This document shows, piece by piece, positions 12,854-23,889 of a DNA stretch of 64,000 nucleotides. How positions within the stretch are numbered: position 1 is the stretch's first letter; every line of letters starts with the position of its first letter. Under the pieces are notes generated by a model. It was not told the origin of the DNA. It made no database searches and was given only the letters and a program-made list of their open reading frames with translations. The stretch spans positions 108,500,001 through 108,564,000 of the forward strand of contig OX597817.1 in assembly GCA_951406725.2 (NCBI GenBank), in the 5' to 3' direction. This stretch comes from Octopus vulgaris (lineage: Eukaryota). A program made the translations under genes and the position numbers.

Positions 12854-12925
<72 letters not shown>

Positions 12926-13124
12926 AGCATGTTGATTGTCCACTTTTCGTGTTCAGTCCTTAATTGGTATATATATATATATATATATATGCGGCAAAGT
13001 AATTTATTTTACTAAGCCCTTTTATATAATGTAATAATTTGAATTCGCCTTAAATGGTCCCTTTGCATACTGAACACTTGGTGAAATTGATTAATAATTA
13101 ATTAATTTTACCCTCAATTGTTGG

Positions 13125-13176
<52 letters not shown>

Positions 13177-13485
13177 TTCCAAACTCATAAATCTTGTGCT
13201 GAGTTTAAAGTTTTGAAATATTTTGGCAACCTATTAGCTTCATTCGTCAACTCACTGCAATAGCAGCCTAGAATTCAAAGTAGACGCTATAAAGATGCAC
13301 CGTCTGAGGTTACCTTTCTGCCAGTTCTTTGATCCCTGGCTGACGCCAGTTCCTGTCCTTCGAAGCGAAGAACTTCACTGAAGATACCACCTCCTCTTGG
13401 CTGATGAAGCGTCGCGAGTGTAGGAAATGCGTCATGGATCGGAATATACATACAGGCATATTATATATGTTTATCTATCTGTCTG

Positions 13486-13568
<83 letters not shown>

Positions 13569-13991
13569 GTCTGTCTATCCATCTATCTTTCTATAAATGA
13601 GAGAGAGAGAGAGAGAAACACATACATACTTACATTATTAGCATATTAAATTTGATGATTGTTTTAAAATTCACTGACACCCTCATAAACCGCTCCACTA
13701 AGGAATTAAAAATAACATCAAAATTACTGCGTGAATAATATACACTATGTAACAATAATAACAAGAAAACGCATCTGAATTAATACATAATAAATTACCG
13801 TAACTCAGCTTAAGTTTCGTACTTGAGCTTGCGTGACCATCAGGGGATGTGAGGAATCAATTTTAAGTTATTTTTTCTGATACACATCCTGTAGTAACTA
13901 TAAAATAAAGAAGGTTACTCATTCGCAAAACGATAAATAGGAGGAACTTAAAATATACTTTACTGAACTGACACATACATGAATGCATGCA

Positions 13992-14022
<31 letters not shown>

Positions 14023-14132
14023 GTGTGTATCGATCTATGTATGTATGCATGCATGTTTGTATTTACGTAAACACGTATGTATGCATTTATATTTGTATCG
14101 TCTATGTATGTATGTAAGTTTCTATCTATCGT

Positions 14133-14462
14133 GGAGGCGAAATGGCCCAGTGCTTAGGACAGCGGACTCACGGTTTCGATTCCCAGACGGAGTGTTTATT
14201 GAGCGAAAACACCTAAAGCTCCACGTGATTCAGGCAGGGAGTGGGGTGGCGAACGCTGCTGCACTCTTTCACCACAACTTTCTCTCACTCTTTCTTCCTG
14301 TTTCTGTTGTACTTGAATCACGCTGAATCTCCCCGAGAACTATGTTAAGGGTACACATGTCTGTGGAGTGCTCAACCACTTACACATTAATTTCACGAGC
14401 AGGCTGGTTTCCGTTGATCGGATCACCTGGAGCCCTCGTCGACGTAACCGACGGAGTACCAC
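14133..14462 (+). mobile_element. tRNA-derived SINE, family C
   Basis: ggaggcgaaatggcccagtgcttaggacagcggactc...ggtttcgattccc...gagcgaaaacacctaaagctcc; same head at 63887 (+) and 45214 (-). Confidence 0.8.
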
Positions 14463-14464
14463 GA

Positions 14465-14534
<70 letters not shown>

Positions 14535-14535
14535 G

Positions 14536-14573
<38 letters not shown>

Positions 14574-15016
14574 CTTCTATCTACATATTTCTACATACAT
14601 GCACATTTAAGAGAATGGGACTTAATGGAAGAGAGAGCTCTATATAATATAAACACAAGCACGTACATATATTTACGTGTGTACATATATCTATCAATAT
14701 ACATTTCTACATACATATTGAGCAGAGTGAGTTAATGAGGGAGACAGAAAGAGAGAGAGAGAGAGAGAGATATGTATATAATATAAATATAATTGTGCGC
14801 ATGTATGTATCTATCTATTTGTGTAGCTTGTATAATGATTTGAAACGTACGTATTAAATGCGATAAAACTATCAATATTCAGTTTGACTTTAAACAACAC
14901 TGAGTCTTTACAAGCTAGCCACTTACTCGTTTAAACGGATACTCTGACAAGAATTTTGAGAAGTTTCTTCTTCTGGAATTAACTCGGAAACCTGCATCAC
15001 TTTTAACTATAACACG

Positions 15017-15089
<73 letters not shown>

Positions 15090-16029
15090 TATATAAGTAT
15101 ATACACACACATTATATGTATATATATGTACATCTATATTACCATGTATATTTATTTGTGAAATTAAAAATTGTTACTACTTAAGAGATTCATGAGTGTG
15201 GCTTACATAAATGAATTCAGATGATTAAGACCTGGTATTCATAGAAAAATGTCATCTACTGATCTCATTGGGGAGAGGCTTGTGTGACTCTGACAATTTG
15301 AAGCTATACTACTGGGTCCAAGCTGTTGCAGGTATTTCTGTGCAGGTATTAGAGGTCGCAATGAAAACAGAGCAAAGATCCCAGGCTAGATGTTGGGCAT
15401 GGGGTCAACAATAACGTATTTGTGCTATGCGGCCTTCGACGGCAATAAAAATTCCACCAACCAACGAGATAAAAGAGTCATTCAAGCAGAGTTTAAGAAA
15501 GCGTGTAGGGAATTATGATGATTTCAGTCTAGCAATGTCAAACAATGTTCTAATATATGGCTCAAGATGCTGACCGAGTGATAAAAAGTGGCATGAATAT
15601 ATAAAAGCTTTCCACAAGGGATACCTGAAAAAAAATCTGCTGTATCATTTGGCTCAATATAAATTCTGCTCTTTGAAATACAGTGCCGGTAGTTCAGATG
15701 GCAAGGCCACATATTCAGAACGTACCAGACTAAAATACCAATGGTACCGCATTAAAATTGATCCCACCTGAAAAGCGAACATCTGGATAGCCAAAGAACT
15801 CATGGCGTAAAACAGTGTGTCGAGAGAAGTGCATCTTACATAGGGCAAAGTACAGAGTTGTTCTAGACTAATCCAAATGGTATAGGATCGTCAAGATCTC
15901 ATTTAATAACTGGGAAGAAAATTATATATATTCATATCGAAATAATGAGAAAATAATGACAAAGGAATTGTTAGATATAAAAATAGAAACAAACGAATGA
16001 ATACAAAAACAGATATATAGAAATATACT

Positions 16030-16160
16030 TTCCTACTCTAGGCACAAGGCAAGAAATATTTGGGGAAGTGGCCAGTCGATTAGAACGACGACCCAGTACG
16101 CAACTGGTACTTAATTTATCGACCCCGAAGGATGAAAGGCAAAATCGATCTCGGCGGAGA
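16030..16160 (-). mobile_element. Family A SINE (3' part)
   Basis: Forward-strand actggtacttaatttatcgaccccgaaggatgaaaggc is the reverse complement of the family A core. Confidence 0.75.
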
Positions 16161-16585
16161 TATAGAAATATTGAAAGAAACACAAACGCTTGGCAAAACA
16201 GATACACATAGACTCGCTCTCTCGGTCTCACACACATATAAACACGCACGCGCATACAGAAATAGATAAATATATACACAGAAAAATGTCTGAATTACAG
16301 TAAGTAGATTGTATCTTAGTTTATGAAAAGAATCCTTCTAATTTACTCATTTGGGTGCATACGTGAGTGGATGTGCGCTAGTACGTATGTAAGCTTTCGT
16401 TTGATTTCTATGTATATTCCTAAGTATGTGTACATGTTACTATTGTATTTATATGTGTGTGCATATATGGATAGAAGGGTATATATATATATGTATATAT
16501 GTATATGTATATATATGTGTGTATGTATATTATGTATATATATATGTATTTATATATATATATATGTATGTATGTATATATATAC

Positions 16586-16679
<94 letters not shown>

Positions 16680-16740
16680 CAATAAAGTTCCAACTTAGTC
16701 TGATTTCACATTCTATTATTTATAATTTTACAATATTGTA

Positions 16741-16847
16741 ATAAACCGCTTTCACGCATCATGCACTCATCAGGTTTATAGAGTGACAGTCGTGGTCCAC
16801 AATTGAGAACTGTAGTAAACACGACTGTCACTACAAAAACCTGACGA
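16741..16847 (-). other. Decayed hammerhead motif with an adjacent inverted partial copy
   Basis: Minus strand: ataaac CTGATGA gtgcatgatgcgt GAAA gcg gtttat. Inverted repeat 16767-16794 versus 16820-16847 ends in CTGACGA. Confidence 0.5.
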
Positions 16848-17451
16848 TTTAAAAAAAAAATTAAACACCTAAAATTACAATACCGATATATATAGAAAAT
16901 GCTAAACCTAAGGAAACCCTCAACGACTATATTATAAACACATCAAATCCTACACCCTATCTATATAAACATCACAGGAATTAATAATTTAGTTTACGAT
17001 TTACTCCTTTCTATAGAAGTATAAATTACCATTTTTTAATTTTAAAAATATATTTGCAATTCATATATTTTTATTATATTTTTATTCTTACATTTCTATT
17101 TACTTTGACATGTATTTTTAACTTTGATACGTTAATAATAGTAACAATAAGATAAATAGCCCCAGGACGCACTGGTGGATATATGTATTAGGTATAGCCT
17201 TAATAAACAACCCACCAGCGCAAAAACACGGTTAGCGTTTATTAAAAATATCTTCTTTTCTAACAGACTAATAACAGGTAAGTAATAAATATTTTTCAAA
17301 CAATTTTATTGTATTTTATAGTAGGTTTGTTATATGCTTATATTACTTTATTATTATTATTCTAATGGATATAACTGTCTATGTGTATTCCATACAATAC
17401 GCTTATCCTGAAATAGGAGTTGCGATTCTATTGGAAAATCCCAAATGTGTC

Positions 17452-17452
<1 letters not shown>

Positions 17453-17539
<87 letters not shown>

Positions 17540-17675
17540 TATGTATATATATACATACATATATGTATATATATGTATATATATACATAAATATATATGT
17601 ATATATATACATATATATACATACATATATATACATTTATATACATACATATATATAAATAAATATATATATATG

Positions 17676-17742
<67 letters not shown>

Positions 17743-17907
17743 GAATATATATATATATGTATATATAAATATATATATATACATATTTATGTAGGTATAT
17801 ATATATACATATAAACATATATATACACACATATACATATATATATATACATATATACACACATACATATATATATATACACATATATACAGACACATAT
17901 ATATATA

Positions 17908-17941
<34 letters not shown>

Positions 17942-18135
17942 TATATATATACATATACATATATACACACATACATATACATATATATATACACATATAT
18001 ACATATATATATACACATATATGCATATATATATACATGCACATATATATATATATACATATATATATACACACACGCGCACATATATATATATATAGAT
18101 ATATATACATGTATATACACACGTATATATATGCA
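17453..18135. repeat. Long compound (TA)n/(TACA)n microsatellite
   Basis: Seen directly. Similar tracts at about 16480-16675, 19295-19757, 27660-28077, 47650-48720, 49165-49510, 50525-50910, 55715-56440 and 56915-57160. Confidence 0.95.
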
Positions 18136-18137
18136 TA

Positions 18138-19290
18138 CTAGGAGCTAAGCCCGGTTTCACTCAGTCTATTTGGATGATGTAGCTGTGATCGTTTTCGGTT
18201 TGGCATAATCTATAACAGTGTTTCTCAACCTTATCATTTCGGGTCCCCTGTTCTGATTGGGGCCTCTAGCTGTATGAAAGAAGATATATGAAATGGACAT
18301 GTGTGTGTGTATGCGTGCGTGTGTGCGTGTGTGTACGTGTGTGCTTACGCGTGTGTATGTGAGAGAGAAAGAGGGTGAAGAAAGCGATAGTGAAGGTGTG
18401 TGTCATGATGATTGATGTATGTGTATGTAGTCTGTTTGTAAGAGCTATTCAAATGGACCTCCACCTAATCTTTAAATCTTTGATTTAATTATGAATATAG
18501 AAAGAAATTATACATTAATCCGTATTTTTGTAAGCGGTTGTATCCATAAAAAATTTATTTGCAGAGAGCAGAAATTGAAAGATATATGAAATAGCTGTGT
18601 GTGTGTATGTGTGTGTGTGCGCGTGCGTGTTTGCGCATGTTTATGTGAGAGAGAACGAGAGTGAGAAAGAGAGATACAGTGAGTGAAGGTGTGTGTCATG
18701 ATTGACGTCTTTTAAGGTACACACACACATGTCATCGTATAAAATTTTTACGATAGTTGATTTATGGAAAAGATTGTTAATTTTTTGAAATGTAAATATA
18801 TGAATGAAAATTAAATTCAGACCTCTACATGGTAGCTAGACCTGGTAGAAATAGCAGCCAAATCTCCCTCAAAACATCCTACTGTCTTAATCCGACAATT
18901 CTGCCTATTATGTAGTTTGAATGTGAAACTGTACCTATAGATTAAGAATATTACCCCACAAAGGGGTGAAAGAAGAGAGACAGCATAGAGAAAGTTTTGG
19001 CGGACTGTCATCCTGTACTTCCATTGTTGTTAGTGAAATGGTATATGCCGGCTGTGTGAGCAATTGGTTGTTTTAATGGTGGAACAAACAGAGGAATTCC
19101 ATTAGAAAAAGTTTTAGCCGATTTTCTTGGTAACTATGGGGGTGATGAAGAAAATGCAAACTACATTCCAATCTATGCATCCTTCTCCACATGTGTGCCA
19201 TTTTTCATGCGAATCTATCCAGGCGTTAGGCTGTGAACCTCAAGACAAGAAAGAACGCAACGATCACCCATGTCCAATTTATATTATAGA
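18138..19290 (-). mobile_element. Probable non-autonomous Helitron
   Basis: Minus strand begins TCtataatataaa (19290) and ends gactgagtgaaaccgggcttagctcCTAG followed by T (18138), with a GC-rich subterminal segment; no TIRs seen. Confidence 0.45.
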
Positions 19291-19377
<87 letters not shown>

Positions 19378-19712
19378 TATATACACATATACATATACAT
19401 ATATATATATATTTACATATATATAAATATATATATAGGCATATATATATATATACGTATGTATATCCTTATATATAAATACATATATATACGTATATAT
19501 ATATATATATATTCATATACATATAGATATGTATATATATAGATATACATATACAAATATGTACACACACATATATATAAGTACATATACATACATATAC
19601 ATATATATATATACATATATATATACATATATATTCATGTATATATATATGTACATATATATACATTATATATACACATATATTTATACACACACATGTA
19701 TATAAGTATATA

Positions 19713-19762
<50 letters not shown>

Positions 19763-20004
19763 TTCATATCTATATTTATGGTATTCGTATGAATTATTTC
19801 ATAATATATCTTTTCCTATTATGTTTATTTTAAGTATATGCTTTTTCAATGAATATCAACATACATAATTTTCTCCTAAATACCAGCAGATATCAGGTAC
19901 GTGATGAACTTTGAGTATAATGAATTTAATAACTCAGTACTAAAATACATATTTATAATCTGGTTCAGAAACAACTTTCCTGGTGTTTCTACACTGCAAT
20001 CCAC

Positions 20005-20076
<72 letters not shown>

Positions 20077-20142
20077 GTATATGTGTGAAAGGGAGAGATA
20101 GAGATGTATGCGTTTTTATATACGTATGAACATGTATACTTG

Positions 20143-20217
<75 letters not shown>

Positions 20218-20273
20218 CTTGGAAAACATAAATCTGAAAGGAGAAGCAAACTCTAAGATGTAGAGCAGTATAT

Positions 20274-20532
20274 ATTAAAAATGGGGGAGGCCAGTTTATG
20301 AGATTACCTTAGGAACCCACAAGATGGTGGCACAGCCGGAAGTCGATAGTCAAAAGCAAATGGAGATAATCCCTAATTGCTACCTTTGAATAAGGAGGCA
20401 TTTCCCCCTCCATATTTTTAAGAGGTCATGGGCCAACAGGTTTTCGATATCTGGTGATACGCCATAAAGCCAGACCCTTTATGGACGAGAAACCTAAGAT
20501 ATTCCCATAAACCGGCCGTCCCCACTTTTAAT
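20274..20532. repeat. Fold-back module with a 40-bp imperfect inverted repeat
   Basis: 20274-20313 versus the reverse complement of 20493-20532, 33/40 matches by eye; lies next to (TA)n. Confidence 0.7.
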
Positions 20533-20660
20533 TGTACATAGATATGTTTGTGAGTGTGTGTGTGTACGTATGTACTTGTATAGTTATATGTATGTGTGTG
20601 TGTATGTATGTACTCGTATAGTAGTATATATATGTGTGTGTGTGCATTTATACATATGTA

Positions 20661-20698
<38 letters not shown>

Positions 20699-20699
20699 T

Positions 20700-20990
20700 G
20701 CATCATTGTATGGACCAGGTTATCGGCCGTTGTTATAAATCAGCGGTCACAATGCGCTTCCACGTATTGCCGTAGCTTTTACGAATGATACCATCCCACT
20801 GACTGTGCTGGAAGGCGAACGTTTCCCACGAACGGAACGCCATTTCGTTGCAGGGTTCCTCATTTACAGCTCAGTGGACTGGAGCAACATGAAATGAAGT
20901 GTTTTGCCTAAGAACACAATGCCAGGATGATCTAAGAATGGAATCTCCGATTTCGTGATCATAAGTGCATCGATATGTTCACGCGCCTTT
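20700..20990 (-). mobile_element. tRNA-derived SINE (CORE-like body)
   Basis: Minus strand ggcaaaacacttcatttcatgttgctccagtccactgagctgtaaatgag; tail related to the SINE tail at 61710-61790. Confidence 0.6.
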
Positions 20991-21695
20991 ACACACACGC
21001 GCACACACATACACATTCATCCACTCGCACAGGCACATACTCAGGCATATGAAGGACATGAACGCTTGTATTGATGCGATAGGTATTTTATGGTTTCGTC
21101 CTTAACATTGGTATGAGTAAAGAAAACAATAAATCTAAGGAAACTATAGACTCGGAGTGAGACTATCTTCAATACTTCAGTAGATTGTAGGTTGTAATAT
21201 TGTAAAACATATCAGACTACTAGAATTTGAGAATGCTAGAACGGCGTATTTAATAAAAACGAGAAGGAAATGTTACAAACAAATAAACACAAAAGACACA
21301 AATTTTAAGAGAAATGAAACGTAAAATTACCTTTAAGACCAAAGATAAAACAGGTGTGCCACTTGTGCATACCCTACATACGAACCCTCAGATGCGAAAA
21401 GAAAAATATGTACATATATAATTGAGATACTACAACTGTAACAATATATACATTCTATGGCTGTAGAACTAGACATGTGTTCTTCATATAACGGAAATGG
21501 TATTCAAATAAATCAGCAAGCATTTCTTTAACCAAATGCTTAACAAACTGATCTAACACTTATGATGGTGCAACTGACACAGGCAATATTCCATTGAACA
21601 TACTTCAAGAAGTAGTTCGTCGACCTATTTATCATCGAATTAGTTTCATCAATATACTATGATTATTACTATTGTTGTTGTCGTCGTCGTCGTCG

Positions 21696-21736
<41 letters not shown>

Positions 21737-22356
21737 ATTTGACTTCTATCCATTTCTCTACTCTTCAACTACACATTATTAAGTCGACATAAAATTACCA
21801 GTTAATATATTCCAAGCCAAATTAGAAGGTTCTAAATTCCGAAGTTGAATCTATCGAATGGAACCTGTTCTACAAAATGTCATTTTGTTTGGGATTTCTT
21901 TTTTTTGTTGTAGTTCCTATATATGATATAGAAAAATTTATTGCGTACACAGCCGTACCAAAGTTAAACGCCGTTCAGCTCAGCATTACGATGGAGAAAT
22001 TCTCTCCGTGAAATAATGACATTATTAACAATATTAACGGAATAACAATTTTTCTTGCCATTTTTTGCTGTTGTGGTATATATATTCTTCAATAATTGAT
22101 ACATTGTTCCCCTTTCCCGCAAATGAAGTAAGTACATGAGAGTTCAAACATTTATTTTCTTTCTCCTTTTATCAGTAAGAGATTTATTATATATTGATAA
22201 AAAGTAAACGATTTCAATGTAATGTCACATCATAATATTGGATATGATTTCATTCATGCTACTACATGAAAAGCAAACTGTGCTTCTTTCTTTATGTCCA
22301 CACAGACGTTTGTATGACTGTGTGTTTATATGTTTGTATATATATATATATATACG

Positions 22357-22400
<44 letters not shown>

Positions 22401-22483
22401 GTATAATATATAGGGTGGTGAATATTTTTAGAAATTTCACCACCAGTGGCTTAGCATGTATAAAATATCAATAGACAACATAT

Positions 22484-22519
<36 letters not shown>

Positions 22520-23889
22520 GTTGCAAACTGAGGAAAATGTCTTTTGCTGACGAAGTCTCACTAGGACGAAGTATGTGATTTGGATTTTTCTTTTAATAAT
22601 TTTAAAAAGTAGGTTAACCCCAGTCTCCATTATTGGTACTTTGCAAAAAGTTTCGCTATACTGGTAGTGTTGGTGTTATTCCTTTTGCTCGTTACTTTGA
22701 GATTTTAAATACACTTAGATGTTATCCTGATGAATTGCTTTGTGTAGATTTTCCCCATTAACAAGAATATTAGCCATAGCTCTTAGTCGCAGACGAATTC
22801 CTCTCACTTTCTTCATGCCCAAATAAATAACTCAATCTCTTTTATTACTTCGAGTCTCTTTGTCTTGTAAGTAACATAACGTATCTGGTTAAGAAGGGGA
22901 ACGAATCGGATATAGGCTACCTATGAATAAAGAGATGTTCTCTTCAACCTGCTTTCATTCGTTACGCATCACGAGTCTTACCTTCGAGCTATTCCAAAAA
23001 ATATTTTTTTAAATATTAGTAAAGTATTCCTCCTCTTTGCAGACAGTATCGACATAGCTCTTTTGATTTCACATATGAAACGCGATGCGTCAAGGTTACG
23101 ATCATGTGTTCTACACATTTCTGTACACTAATGAATAGTTCAATACGAGTTGTAATCCACAATCAAGCAGTTACGTAGTTTATATCACCTATCAGCTTTC
23201 ACACTCCACTAAGTTTCTTCTAATAAGTGTTACACCCGCATTATTTGCAGCTCTGCACGTATTATACGAATAGAAATCTCAACAATTTCATCCAAGGAGT
23301 TCATGACAATTAGTCTCTTTCAATCTCATCAAAACACAATCAGTAAACATTAGTGCTGTCTTGCACTAAATATCGTTTTTCACTTGAACAACACTCAACC
23401 AAAAACAATTTAGAGACGCTACAAATATTTTATCCTCACAATAATGATTTTGAGTGGTGACCATTGCCCAAACTACATCCCAAAAGCTAAAGTTCTTTTT
23501 CTGAACAAAAACTATTTCAACTCTTAATAGAATATTGACTCTCTACGGAGCTCAATGACATATGTATATACTGGTCACATGTATTACCACATCCAACTTC
23601 AAATGTTTTAAGACTGTCCATTAACAAAACATGACTGACAGATTACAATCAATATCGTCTCGATCCTTGAACTGACACACCTTCCTATGTCTCTCAATGT
23701 CACTAGTGACGCTTGCTACGCATTTAATTCAGTTGGGGGTTTTAGTCTCACTATTAGCAAAGTATCAATTACATCAGCCATGCTCGGTATAAAGTAACAC
23801 CAACACACTCAATCTCTGATCAGTTCCTACAGAATATACGAATGACAGGCTCTACAGTGGAGAAACTGGGTAACTTATCAAGCTCAATA

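Larger units (their letters stand above)
11621..12859. mobile_element. Non-autonomous Penelope-like / retrozyme element: 535-bp unit in two head-to-head arms within (TA)n
   Basis: Left arm 11621-12202 (start sequence recurs at 12156). Right arm 12203-12859 (start sequence recurs at 12738) is the reverse complement of the same unit in a different phase. Each arm has a hammerhead ribozyme, there is no long ORF, and both flanks are (TA)n. Confidence 0.8.

Noticed and set aside
22850-23800. Possible decayed hAT transposase on the minus strand
   Set aside because: Only faint peptide resemblance (e.g. LNCFWLSV) amid many stops and no termini found; too weak to call without a profile search.
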